This document shows, piece by piece, positions 1 to 9,220 of a DNA stretch of 64,000 bases. Within the stretch, counting starts at the first letter, position 1. The number at the start of each line of letters is the position of its first letter. Under the pieces are notes generated by a model. That model had not been told where the DNA came from, did no database searches, and saw only the letters and a program-made list of their open reading frames with translations. The stretch is from Planctomycetota bacterium (lineage in GTDB: Bacteria > Planctomycetota > E44-bin39): the NCBI GenBank assembly GCA_004376375.1, contig SOJX01000079.1, positions 54,454 through 118,453 of the forward strand. The letters are read 5' to 3'. A program made the position numbers and the translations under genes.

Positions 1-1
1 G

Positions 2-985
2 ACGGGCGCCGATTGCACGCGGGCGAATTTCAGCCGGGCGCGACTACCCGGAGCAATTATCACGAAAGCAACGCTGATCGAGGTCGATTTCACCGGCGCT
101 GATCTCGAAGGCGTCAACCTGGGCCGAATCTCCGATGAAGAATTGCTTACGATAAAAGGGCTTGATGAAAGCAAGGCCGGTGGAACACCGGCGTCCGCCG
201 CGGGGAAAAAACCTTCCGCAAAGCCCGCGGAAAAACCGCCGGTGGAGACGGCCGGGCAACAGGCCGTCTTATCGGAGAAAATCCCCGTTCCCGATTCGCC
301 GACGCCTCCTTATCCGCTTCCGCCGCAGGTTGTGGTTCAGCGCTCGGTGGGCAAAAGCATTCTGGAAAGTTTTATTAACACTCTGACTTTCGAGCTTGAC
401 AACGCATACCTTCTTTCCAGCGACCTAGAGGGTATTTTTCACGATATGAGTTGGATGTTCAACAAGGTTATCTGTACGAGGGAGGGGCTGCCGAGCTCCG
501 ACCTTATTCCGGAAAAGAGCAAGCTCCAGGTCCGGCAGATTTCTTCAGGACCTATTTCCACGATCGTTTTCGGCGAGCCGCCCCGCAAGGGCATCAGGCT
601 CGCCGACATCAGCGAATCAAACCTCATGCAGGTCTCGGCCCTCGCGGTGATGAGCGCGGTCTTCAAAAGCGTCGCCGGGTACAATTTCGAGTCGTATAAC
701 CGGATGTCCAACAAGCTCAATTTCTTCCAGACCAACCAGGTGACCGCGGGTGGAGGGATGTCGATCCCCGATAAGATGCACCGGGAGATGCAGAAAGTGC
801 AGGAGTCGTGGAAGGGACTTACCGAAAAGGTCTATTCCTGCCTCGAGACCGTTTTCCTTTCCGTGCGCGAGAAGGAGATACGCGAATTCATCGAGAAAGT
901 GCTTTTGATGATCGCAAACTGGGTCGCCCGCTCGAACTTCACGGCCATCTTCATCGACGGCTCCGTCATCAAGGAAAAACGATAA
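2..985 (+). CDS. Pentapeptide-repeat-containing protein, 5'-truncated by the window edge
   Basis: The frame of ORF 143..985 is open back to position 2 and reads TGADCTRANFSRARLPGAIITKATLIEVDFTGADLEGVNL (A(D/N)LxxA-type pentapeptide repeats), then a Pro/Ala linker and an unknown C-terminal domain. Confidence 0.75.
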   Translation, partial: TGADCTRANFSRARLPGAIITKATLIEVDFTGADLEGVNLGRISDEELLTIKGLDESKAGGTPASAAGKKPSAKPAEKPPVETAGQQAVLSEKIPVPDSPTPPYPLPPQVVVQRSVGKSILESFINTLTFELDNAYLLSSDLEGIFHDMSWMFNKVICTREGLPSSDLIPEKSKLQVRQISSGPISTIVFGEPPRKGIRLADISESNLMQVSALAVMSAVFKSVAGYNFESYNRMSNKLNFFQTNQVTAGGGMSIPDKMHREMQKVQESWKGLTEKVYSCLETVFLSVREKEIREFIEKVLLMIANWVARSNFTAIFIDGSVIKEKR

Positions 986-990
986 AAAAA

Positions 991-1076
991 CAGGTATCAG
1001 GTCTCAGGTTTCAGGTTTTAGCATATTCCATAATATTTTCCAATACCTGAAACCTGACACCTAACACCTAACACCT
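991..1076. repeat. Inverted pair of 7-bp tandem arrays (CAGGTWT x4 / AHACCTR x5)
   Basis: caggtat caggtct caggttt caggttt ... atacctg aaacctg acaccta acaccta; lies between convergent stop codons. Confidence 0.8.
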
Positions 1077-1079
1077 TTT

Positions 1080-2072
1080 TTAATACCTTACCTTTCCAAT
1101 CTTTAGCATCAGCCTTCGTTTCATATCGGCCATGTAGGTCGCGACCGCGAGTGAGTTGAAGCGAGTCACCGGCGTGTCGGCGCGCGAGGTTACGACGACC
1201 GGTTTGGTCGTTCCGATGAGGACTCCCGCCATCGGGATGTCGGCGAGCCATACCAGCGCTTTTGCGAGTATGTTTCCCGACTCGATGTCGGGCATGACGA
1301 GGACGTCGCACCTGCCGGCTATGTCGCCCGAGATGTGTTTTTTACGCGCGGCGATGACGCTTATCGCGTTGTCCAGTCCGAACGGACCGTCAATCTCGCA
1401 CGGCTCGCTGAACTGTCTGCGTTTGGCCATGGTGGAAAGGCATGACGCCTCGATCGTCGCCGGCATTGCGGGGTTTACGACTTCAACCGCGGCGAGGATG
1501 CCGACTTTCGGTTTTTCATAGCCGAGGTGACGCGCCAGGTATACGGCGTTCAAGGCGATGGTTGCTTTCTGTTCGAGCGTGGGCTCGATGTTCATAGCGG
1601 AATCGGTCACAAAGATCAGCCGGTTCTCGGCCCGGTTCTCGGCGATGAAGACGTGGCTCATCATGACGCCGGGCACGCGCAGGCCGATTTCCTTGTCGAG
1701 GATTGCCCGCAGGAAATCGTCGGTGTGTATATACCCTTTCATGAGTATGTCGGCCTTGCCGTCGCGGACCAGTTTAGTGGCGGTGCGCGCGGCTTCGACC
1801 GCGTTGTCGGCGTGGACGATTTCGAAGATGTCGGTTTCAATGCCGCAGTCCCTTGCGGCTTCGCGGATCTTTTCCTCGTCGCCCACGAGTATGCCCTTGC
1901 CCATGTCTTCGGCGTGGAACTGGCGCATCGCTTCCAGCACGTCCGGGTCGTTGGCCGCCGCGACCGCGACCGTGTTCGGTTCATACTTTTTTACCGCGTC
2001 GATGATGTCGGCAAAGCGCGTCATGCGCCTTTTTTTCAGGATTGTCACACGGGTATAATCACGCATTACCAT
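1080..2072 (-). CDS. Phosphate butyryl/acetyltransferase (PTA_PTB family, Ptb-like)
   Basis: Motifs VAVAAA.D, ADILMKG, DGPFGLDNA, PDIESGNILAK, PVVVTSRAD; GGAGG RBS; downstream of acetate kinase. Confidence 0.9.
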   Translation of the reverse strand: MVMRDYTRVTILKKRRMTRFADIIDAVKKYEPNTVAVAAANDPDVLEAMRQFHAEDMGKGILVGDEEKIREAARDCGIETDIFEIVHADNAVEAARTATKLVRDGKADILMKGYIHTDDFLRAILDKEIGLRVPGVMMSHVFIAENRAENRLIFVTDSAMNIEPTLEQKATIALNAVYLARHLGYEKPKVGILAAVEVVNPAMPATIEASCLSTMAKRRQFSEPCEIDGPFGLDNAISVIAARKKHISGDIAGRCDVLVMPDIESGNILAKALVWLADIPMAGVLIGTTKPVVVTSRADTPVTRFNSLAVATYMADMKRRLMLKIGKVRY

Positions 2073-2088
2073 GGTAGCCTCCTATCCT

Positions 2089-2193
2089 GGTCCTTCGGTC
2101 TATTGGTCTCTCGGTCTCTCGGTCCTCCGGTCCCCTGGTCTATCGGCTTTTTTTATTGACCGAAAGACCGAAGGACCGAAGGACCAGGAGACC
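2089..2193. repeat. Inverted pair of 8-bp tandem arrays (GGTCNNTC x7 / GACCGAAG x4)
   Basis: ggtccttc ggtctatt ggtctctc ggtctctc ggtcctcc ... gaccgaaa gaccgaag gaccgaag gaccagga; abuts the ackA stop. Confidence 0.8.
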
Positions 2194-2194
2194 T

Positions 2195-3415
2195 TTATAT
2201 TTTTTCTATTCGTTTCGTTTTCTCGCCCCGCAGGCGCTTGACTTCGAGTGCGATCATCAATTCTTCGTCAGTCGGAATTACCAGAGCCTGCACCACTGAG
2301 TCGGATGTGGTAATAGTCCGTTCCTCGCCGTTGTCAAGACCGTTGGCTTCGCGGTCCAGTTTCAGACCGAGCCATTTCAGTTTTGAGCAGACTTTTTCGC
2401 GAACGAGAGAAGAATGCTCTCCTATGCCGCCGGTGAATATTATTGCATCCGCTCCCTCGAGAACGGCTGCGTAGCTTCCGATATACTGACGCAGGCGGTA
2501 GCAGAAGATGTCGTGGGCCAGAGTCGCTTCTTCGTCACCCTCTTTAACTTTTAATTCGATGGTGCGCATATCGCTCCCGGCGCCGGAAAGCGCGGCCAGG
2601 CCGCATTCGCGGTTGAGCGCGCGTTCGATCCGCTCGAGGTCGAGTCCGGCGCGGCTTTCGAGGTGAAAGATTACCGTGGGGTCGAAATCGCCGGGGCGCG
2701 TCCCCATGACGAGGCCGGGGAGAGGAGAAAAACCCATTGATGTATCAACGCTTTTCCCGCCACCCACCGCCGCTACCGATGCGCCGTTGCCGAGGTGGCA
2801 GGATATCAGCCGTAGTCCGGTTATGTCGCGCCGGAGGATCGCTGCGGCCCGGAGCGTCACGTATTTATGGCTTGTCCCGTGAAAGCCGAAGCGGCGAACG
2901 CCGTAGCGCTCGTACCATTCTTTCGGCAGCGCGTACCTGTACGCGACCGGCGGAATAGTCGCATGGAACTGCGTGTCGAATACGGCGATGTTCGCGGCAT
3001 GCGGCAGCAGCCTCTGCGCGGCCTCGATGCCCGCGAGGTTGTGGGGGTTGTGAAGCGGCGCCAGCTCGCAGAGGTCGCGGATAGCCGCTATCACCTTTTC
3101 GTCTATTGCGGACGACTCGACGAACTTCTCGCCGCCGTGGACTACGCGGTGGCCGACGGCTGCGATTTCCGAAAGGTCGTCCATCTCGCAGGAAGGTTCG
3201 GATATGAGCGTACGGAAGACGGCGTCAAGCGCGGCGTCATGGTCCGGCAGCTCCCGTTCTTCGCCGAGCTTCGTTTCGGGGGTTTCCAGTTTAATGCGGG
3301 AACGGCCGGTGCCGATTTCCTCTGCAACGCCCTCGGCGATTCGCTCTTCCCGGCTTGCGTCGAACAGGGCGAATTTGACCGAAGAACTGCCGGCGTTGAG
3401 TACAAGGATTCGCAT
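2195..3415 (-). CDS. ackA: Acetate kinase
   Basis: ILVLNAGSSSVK, VGHRVVHGG, APLHN, RRFGFHGTSH, CHLGNGAS, MGTRPGD, FTGGIGE, IPTDEE; start moved to the ATG of MRILV. Confidence 0.95.
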   Translation of the reverse strand: MRILVLNAGSSSVKFALFDASREERIAEGVAEEIGTGRSRIKLETPETKLGEERELPDHDAALDAVFRTLISEPSCEMDDLSEIAAVGHRVVHGGEKFVESSAIDEKVIAAIRDLCELAPLHNPHNLAGIEAAQRLLPHAANIAVFDTQFHATIPPVAYRYALPKEWYERYGVRRFGFHGTSHKYVTLRAAAILRRDITGLRLISCHLGNGASVAAVGGGKSVDTSMGFSPLPGLVMGTRPGDFDPTVIFHLESRAGLDLERIERALNRECGLAALSGAGSDMRTIELKVKEGDEEATLAHDIFCYRLRQYIGSYAAVLEGADAIIFTGGIGEHSSLVREKVCSKLKWLGLKLDREANGLDNGEERTITTSDSVVQALVIPTDEELMIALEVKRLRGEKTKRIEKI

Positions 3416-3425
3416 TTTTGGTTTT

Positions 3426-3477
3426 GTAGGGGCGCCTTCGCCCCTGTATCCGGTACGACAGACATTCCTGTCTGTCG
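3426..3477. repeat. Two REP-like palindromes
   Basis: GTAGGGGCG-CCTT-CGCCCCT and CGACAGAC-ATTCCT-GTCTGTCG. Confidence 0.6.
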
Positions 3478-3536
3478 AATACATGAACTAAATAAGGAAT
3501 AAGATAGCAAGTTGACAAGGCAACAAGGTCTTTTTC

Positions 3537-4157
3537 TTATTCCCTTGTTCCCTTGTTTCCTTGTTCCCTTGTTTCCTTCTTCCGATTGCGGAGTCCGAGT
3601 ATCAGTTTTATCTCGCCTTTGGGCATCCCGGTCTCGCGGGCTATCGAGACCAGGTCAGTTCCGGAGTCGGCGAGCTTGAATATCTTCTCAAAGCGGGGGT
3701 CGTCTTCCAGGGGTTTATCCGTGCCGTCCTGTTTAGCTTCAGTTGCCGGTTCGGGCTCCACCTGTTCACCGCTGTCGGGTATCACGACCGATGAGACGTC
3801 GGGCCCGGCTTGAGGCTTTTTCCGTTCTGAGGTTGACTTTTCGCTTGTTTTGGCGTCAGGGGGGCTTTTCGGCTCGACTTTTTCTAATTCGTTTATTTTA
3901 TCGTCCGCTTCGATGAGCAGTTCATTGAGGACGTGGATTTTAGTGTCGAGCCGCGCCGTGATGTCCCGGCACATTGCCTCGATATCTATGAGCAACTGCT
4001 CGAGTTCGCGCCGGACGGTGTGCGTCTGGGTGCGGTCTTCGTCGGGGTCGTGATAGGTGGAGCCGAGGTCCGCGATGCGCCTGCGCGTCCTCAGAAGCAT
4101 GGCCAGCAGCGCGAAAAGGGCGATGATTAGTGCCGCGACGCCGATCCATTGCTGCAC
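3537..4157 (-). CDS. Membrane-anchored coiled-coil protein with a C-terminal HTH-like motif
   Basis: N-terminal TM, coiled coil, IFKLADSG.DLVSIARETGMPKGEIKLIL; the last codons are formed by an 8-bp repeat (TTCCCTTG). Confidence 0.65.
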   Translation of the reverse strand: MQQWIGVAALIIALFALLAMLLRTRRRIADLGSTYHDPDEDRTQTHTVRRELEQLLIDIEAMCRDITARLDTKIHVLNELLIEADDKINELEKVEPKSPPDAKTSEKSTSERKKPQAGPDVSSVVIPDSGEQVEPEPATEAKQDGTDKPLEDDPRFEKIFKLADSGTDLVSIARETGMPKGEIKLILGLRNRKKETREQGNKGTRE

Positions 4158-4169
4158 TTCATTGCTCCT

Positions 4170-5852
4170 TTACAGCGCTTCCTCGGTGAAGCGGCGGCGC
4201 AGCCTGCTTTGCAGTATCAGAAGGATAACGGAAAGAAGCGCCGCGGATACGCAGTAAAAAATCAGGGCCGCCAGGAGATAGAATACTCGTCCGACCGATA
4301 TGGAAGCCGCGACCTTGGCCCCGCAGCAGGTGGTGACTATTCCCCTTATCGAAACGCCGGCGTCGGGCAGCGCGGGTAAGACGGCCGTGAACGGGTTGAG
4401 CACGAAGAAGACAGCGCGGTTTACAATACCGGTGAAGTTAACGAACAGGAACGGTACTATGAAAAAGACGCAGAATATCGCAAGAGCGTAAACCTTCCCG
4501 GAGCGCTCACCGGCCAGCGACAGAGACCCCGTCAGCGCCGCATAGAATATTGCAATAAGCGTTGTAAGCCCCCAGGCCGCCAGCAGGTCGTAGCCGATTC
4601 GGCGGGCCTCGATGTTCCTTCCGATATCGGTGAGATAGCCGCTCGGAATGAGGAACGCGAAGACCAGAATCACGGCGACCATAAGGCCGTTGAGGAACGC
4701 GGTCGGGAGAATACTCGCGCCCGTGCCGAACAGGTAATGCAGTAAGCCGCGTTTCGATTTCCTGAGCGGGTCGTAGTAACGCTTGTAATCCATAAAAGTG
4801 GGCGCGGTGGCAAAACAGAAGAGTATCCATCCCGCAAGGTTTATAAGCAGCACCAGCTCGATCAGGCTGAAAAACGCGGTGCGTTTTTCAGGATTCGCCC
4901 ACCATGAAGTGGAGGAGGATGCGGCACCGAGCGTGCGCTGCCATGAGAGTGCGATGACGAGGAGCGACACGCACGCCAGCGCAATCAGTACTTCGAGTTT
5001 TGTAACCGGCACGTCGTCGGGCCGCTGGAATTTCCGCGCCGCGATTGCAATAAAACCCAGCCCGAGGAAGACCTGGATGATGAATGAAAGCAGGTAAAGC
5101 AGGTAAGGTGATTTCGAACCCAGCCCGAAGAAAGTCGGCGCCCAGCCTGCTGCGGCCGCGCTCTTTAATGGGAAAAAAGACATTGCGAAGCTCGAGGGGC
5201 TGAACGCGGCCAGGTTCGATAGCGGCGAGGGCGCGAACGCGAAGAAACCGATCCCGAAGTACACCCCGATAATAATCAGCGTTATCAGGAAAGCGCCGAG
5301 GCGTTTTTCCAATACTACGCTCGCCAGAAGGGCGAAGCCGTGGAGAAAGAACACACCGCCGGCAAGAACGATTATATGGTTTGCGAAGTCGTGCCAGCTG
5401 ACGGTCTCGCTGCTGGTGAAGATGACGGTGAACGCGGCAAAGACAAGCCCGAGTATTGTCAGAAAGTAGGCGTAAAGGGGAGCGCCGAGCACGTTGCCCA
5501 GCGCGAAACTCCACGGACTCCGGGGTGCGATGCGCTCGAAGTCGAACGCGTTATCTTCCTTGAGCCCTGCTACCGATTCCGCCACGCAGAGGGTGCCGTA
5601 AACCAGCAGGAAAAAGTACGTGAGCGAGATCAGCACGCCGAAGTAGACTCTGAGCGCGGGGTCGAGCGGGTTGAGGGCGAGCGGGTCGACCGTTCCCAGG
5701 CGGTCGCGGAGCGCGTAAACGGCGATGAAGAGGACGCCGCAAATCGCGATGAACGTGCCCGCACCGAAGACGACCCACGGGTTTTGCAGCCTGAACTTGG
5801 ACTGATAATTTCGAAGGATTACGGCATTCAGCACAATCCGACCCTCCCGCAC
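4170..5852 (-). CDS. Polytopic membrane protein, ABC-2 permease-like
   Basis: About 12 hydrophobic segments; AESVAGLKEDNAFDFERIAPRSP resembles the ABC-2 permease loop. Confidence 0.6.
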   Translation of the reverse strand: MREGRIVLNAVILRNYQSKFRLQNPWVVFGAGTFIAICGVLFIAVYALRDRLGTVDPLALNPLDPALRVYFGVLISLTYFFLLVYGTLCVAESVAGLKEDNAFDFERIAPRSPWSFALGNVLGAPLYAYFLTILGLVFAAFTVIFTSSETVSWHDFANHIIVLAGGVFFLHGFALLASVVLEKRLGAFLITLIIIGVYFGIGFFAFAPSPLSNLAAFSPSSFAMSFFPLKSAAAAGWAPTFFGLGSKSPYLLYLLSFIIQVFLGLGFIAIAARKFQRPDDVPVTKLEVLIALACVSLLVIALSWQRTLGAASSSTSWWANPEKRTAFFSLIELVLLINLAGWILFCFATAPTFMDYKRYYDPLRKSKRGLLHYLFGTGASILPTAFLNGLMVAVILVFAFLIPSGYLTDIGRNIEARRIGYDLLAAWGLTTLIAIFYAALTGSLSLAGERSGKVYALAIFCVFFIVPFLFVNFTGIVNRAVFFVLNPFTAVLPALPDAGVSIRGIVTTCCGAKVAASISVGRVFYLLAALIFYCVSAALLSVILLILQSRLRRRFTEEAL

Positions 5853-6173
5853 TTCATCCTGCTTTCGGGCATTTTAGCCGTGATTGCGGCCGAACGCAAG
5901 GCTTTTTCGATATAAGGAGCAGAGATAAGATTATTACTTTCCGAGGATTTGTTTTGCTTGACAAGAAGGGCCGCCTGTGATAATTTTTTCGTTCCGCAAC
6001 ATGTTCGGTACCACAGACTTGGGAGCTGACCATGGTCTTTCCGTTTAAGAAATGCAGGGGCGCAGACGCCTTAAAGGGTGTTACTTTTTTTCCATTGTGA
6101 AATGCACGGCAGCTCAACCTGTCAATTATGGTAAACCGCCTAACGGCAAAAATAGATGAGTAAGGAGAAAACA

Positions 6174-7310
6174 ATGGCAGAAAAAACAGGCAAAGAAGCC
6201 GACCTCGCCGGACCCGGCATCAGCACATACGAGGAAGTGGAGAAAATCCTTCCGACCGGTTATGAGCCACTCCTCAGCAGGAAAGATACGCAGAAGGCAA
6301 TCGCGGGCGTAAAGAACTATATCGAGGAAGGGCTCTGCAAAGAGCTGAACATCTTCCGCATCGAGAGCCCGCTGATAATGGAAACGGCCAGCGGGATGAA
6401 CGATTACCTCGACCGCGACGGCTCCCGCACGCCAATCGACTTCCAGTGCGGACTCGGCCTCGAAAAAAAGATCGACGCGCAGGTCGTTCAGGCCGCCACG
6501 AAATGGAAACGCTGGGCGCTCACGCAGTTCGAGTGCGGTGTCGGCGAAGGCATAATGACCGACATGCGCGCCGTCCGCAAGGATTACTTCCTCGACCACG
6601 ACCACAGCTCGTACGTCGACCAGTGGGACTGGGAAAGGGTGATAACGGCCGGGGACCGTAACCTCGATTTCCTGAAAGATATTGTCAAGAAGCTCTACAA
6701 GGTCATAAAGGGCGCGCAGGATTTTGCGTTCTCCAAGTACCCCGCGCTGGTGACCGACAAGTATCCGCCGCTGCCCGACGAACTCAAGTTCATCCACGCC
6801 GAGGAAATCCTCGAGATGTTCCCGGACCTGCCCCGCAAGCAGCGCGAGACGGCAATCCTCCAGGAGTATCCGGCGGTTTTCATTATCGGAATCGGATGGG
6901 TGCTCGACGACGGCTACCCGCACGAGATGCGCGCCGCCGACTACGACGACTGGTGCACCCCGGTCACCACGGAAGCCGGCAAACCGGCGCACGGCCTCAA
7001 CGGCGACATCCTCATCTGGAACCCGGTAACCAGGCGCCGCCATGAGCTGACCTCGATGGGTATCCGCGTCACGAAGGATACGCTCAAAGAGCAATTGAAA
7101 ATCACGGGCCAGGAGCACTTCCTTGAGCTGCCGTACCATAAGATGATTCTGAACGACGAGATTCCGCTTTCAATCGGAGGCGGTATCGGTCAGTCGCGTA
7201 CCTATATGTACATTCTCAGGAAAGCGCACCTCGGCGAGTGCAGCGTTACCGTCTGGCCGAAACAGCTCAGAGATATCTGCGCGGCGAAGAAAATACACGT
7301 TTTACAATAG
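6174..7310 (+). CDS. asnA: Aspartate--ammonia ligase (AsnA)
   Basis: KWKRWAL, GIMTDMRAVR, HSSYVDQWDWE, HEMRAADYDDW, LNGDIL, SMGIRV, SIGGGIGQSR; AAGGAG RBS before the ATG at 6174. Confidence 0.93.
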   Translation: MAEKTGKEADLAGPGISTYEEVEKILPTGYEPLLSRKDTQKAIAGVKNYIEEGLCKELNIFRIESPLIMETASGMNDYLDRDGSRTPIDFQCGLGLEKKIDAQVVQAATKWKRWALTQFECGVGEGIMTDMRAVRKDYFLDHDHSSYVDQWDWERVITAGDRNLDFLKDIVKKLYKVIKGAQDFAFSKYPALVTDKYPPLPDELKFIHAEEILEMFPDLPRKQRETAILQEYPAVFIIGIGWVLDDGYPHEMRAADYDDWCTPVTTEAGKPAHGLNGDILIWNPVTRRRHELTSMGIRVTKDTLKEQLKITGQEHFLELPYHKMILNDEIPLSIGGGIGQSRTYMYILRKAHLGECSVTVWPKQLRDICAAKKIHVLQ

Positions 7311-7385
7311 GTACCGAGTACCGAGTACCGAGTACCGAGTACCGAGTACCGAGTACCGAGTACCGAGAACCAAGCACCAGGTACT
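7311..7385. repeat. Heptamer tandem array (GTACCGA)n starting immediately after the asnA stop
   Basis: About 8 perfect units followed by degenerate units. Confidence 0.95.
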
Positions 7386-7389
7386 GACT

Positions 7390-7420
7390 AAAGGTGAGCC
7401 TGACCGGCTCGCCTTTTTTT
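7390..7420 (+). terminator. Rho-independent terminator after asnA
   Basis: AAAGGTGAGCC-TGACC-GGCTCGCC followed by a T7 tract. Confidence 0.75.
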
Positions 7421-7503
7421 ATAGATAAACCTGATATGTTTTTGTATGGTATAAAATTACAGGTAAAATATGTGAATATGTTCCGGAGCAAATCGTCAAA
7501 ACC

Positions 7504-8106
7504 ATGGCGGAAGACCTGGATAGAGATCGGGAACGGGAACTGGTGCGCCTGGCCAAGAGCGGCGATAAGGAGGCTTTCGGCGCGCTCTTTACCGCTTATC
7601 GTGAAAAGGTTTACGCAGTCGCCCGCAAGTACGTGAAAAACCGGGAGGCTGCGCTCGACATCGTGCAGGAGGCGTTTCTTCGCGCCTTTCGCAGCATCGG
7701 CAGTTTCAAGGGCGATTCGCTTTTTTACACCTGGGTCGTGCGGATCGCGATAAATCTGGCAATCGACGCCGGGCGCAGAAAGCATGCCGACGGCAATATC
7801 CCGTTCGACAAGTACGTCGAAGGCGGCGATATCCGCCCGGTAAAGGAACGCCCGGCCCAGAGTCCGGGCGAGGCTGCGGAACTGAGCGAAATGGAAGAAG
7901 CGCTGGCCAGGGCGATAGAGGAGCTTTCGGAAAACCACCGCGGCGTTTTCCTGCTGCACGCGGCCGAGGGACTGGCATACAAGGATATAGCTGAGGCGCT
8001 CGGGATATCAATCGGCACGGTGATGAGCCGGCTGCACTACGCGCGGAAAAAGCTGCGCGAAATGCTGGCGGGACATCTGGGACGATCAAGGTTCGTAGGT
8101 ATGTAG
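7504..8106 (+). CDS. ECF-type sigma-70 factor
   Basis: DIVQEAFLRA, FYTWVVRIAIN, region 4 YKDIAEALGISIGTVMSRLHYARKKL. Confidence 0.93.
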   Translation: MAEDLDRDRERELVRLAKSGDKEAFGALFTAYREKVYAVARKYVKNREAALDIVQEAFLRAFRSIGSFKGDSLFYTWVVRIAINLAIDAGRRKHADGNIPFDKYVEGGDIRPVKERPAQSPGEAAELSEMEEALARAIEELSENHRGVFLLHAAEGLAYKDIAEALGISIGTVMSRLHYARKKLREMLAGHLGRSRFVGM

Positions 8107-8216
8107 GTTCGTAGGTTCGAAGGTTCGAAGGTTCAAAGGTTCGAAAGTTCAAAGGTTCGAAGGTTCTTTTGAACCTTCTAACGTTCTAACTTTCTAACCT
8201 TCGAACCTACAAACCT
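8088..8216. repeat. Inverted pair of 8-bp tandem arrays (AAGGTTCG-like x~9 / AACCTTCT-like x~6)
   Basis: The left arm overlaps the sigma stop codon; the right arm approximates its reverse complement. Confidence 0.8.
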
Positions 8217-8274
8217 ATTTTGAGTTTGTGGATTGAAGACCCATGTTATATAATTAAACGTATGGAGGCTTGCT

Positions 8275-8808
8275 TTGGCGACTGAGTCATGCAAATTTTC
8301 GGGCGAAGAGCTTTCCGCGTTCGTAGACGGCGAGCTCGAGGGTGAGCGCGCAGACGCGATTGCCGCGCATCTTACGGATTGCGACGCGTGTGCGAAGGAG
8401 GTCGCGGAGAACCGCAGGCTCGATGAAGCGGCCCTGAAAATCCATGCGAAATACGGCAGGACCGCGGGTGAAGTCCCGGCCGAGCGGTGGGACCGGATGT
8501 GGCGGGACATCTCGGACCGGATGGACCGCCCGGGAAACGTTCACGGCCTGCCGAAGCCGGTGAAGCTCAACGCGTGGCGCGCCATCGCCGCCGTCGCCAT
8601 CATACTTATTGCGGTGGTCCTGCTTTTTGCCCTTCCCTGGGGCGGCGAGGTCAAGAACGGGGGGGGAGTCGTTGAGGTAGAGCCGGCGGAAGAGGGGCCC
8701 ATGTGGGATATTTATGTCAGTGACGATTACGAAGTAACCATCGACCCGATGGGTGACTCTATTGACATAAGCATGGTCAAGGTCGTAGACGATAAGGAAG
8801 GTTCATAG
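8275..8808 (+). CDS. Zinc-finger (ZAS/zf-HC2) membrane anti-sigma factor
   Basis: LSAFVDGEL...HLTDCDAC (HxxxCxxC), single TM; follows the ECF sigma; TTG start with GGAGG. Confidence 0.88.
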   Translation: MATESCKFSGEELSAFVDGELEGERADAIAAHLTDCDACAKEVAENRRLDEAALKIHAKYGRTAGEVPAERWDRMWRDISDRMDRPGNVHGLPKPVKLNAWRAIAAVAIILIAVVLLFALPWGGEVKNGGGVVEVEPAEEGPMWDIYVSDDYEVTIDPMGDSIDISMVKVVDDKEGS

Positions 8809-8810
8809 CC

Positions 8811-9209
8811 ATGAAAACATGCCTTCTCACTATCGGGATTGCCGCGGTTCTCGTTTTCGCTATGACCGCGAATGCCGACGATAAAGTAAAAATCAAATAC
8901 TACGTCATCAAGGCGACCGAGTCGGGCTCGATTCCCAAGGAACTCAAGTTCCTGAAAAAGAAAATCGAGGCCAAGGGTTACAAGGGCGCGGAGCTCATCA
9001 AGTCGGACACGGGGGAGGGTACCGTCGAGGTGAAAACCCACGGCTACAAGATCACCATGAAGTTCTCGGGCAACAAGGTAAGGCTGATTCTCAAAAAAGG
9101 CGAGGAGACTATTTTCGACGGTTCGGTGACGGTCAAGAAGAAGCCTTATAATATCTGGGGCCCCGAAGTCGACGGCGGCCAGCTTCTTTTCATTTTCAAA
9201 AAAGCGTAA
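8811..9209 (+). CDS. Exported hypothetical protein
   Basis: Signal peptide (ANA cleavage), operonic spacing. Confidence 0.7.
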   Translation: MKTCLLTIGIAAVLVFAMTANADDKVKIKYYVIKATESGSIPKELKFLKKKIEAKGYKGAELIKSDTGEGTVEVKTHGYKITMKFSGNKVRLILKKGEETIFDGSVTVKKKPYNIWGPEVDGGQLLFIFKKA

Positions 9210-9220
9210 AGGTTTTTTAA

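Noticed and set aside
5940-6173. Riboswitch or T-box in the asnA leader
   Set aside because: No recognisable conserved motif by eye; an Rfam scan would be needed
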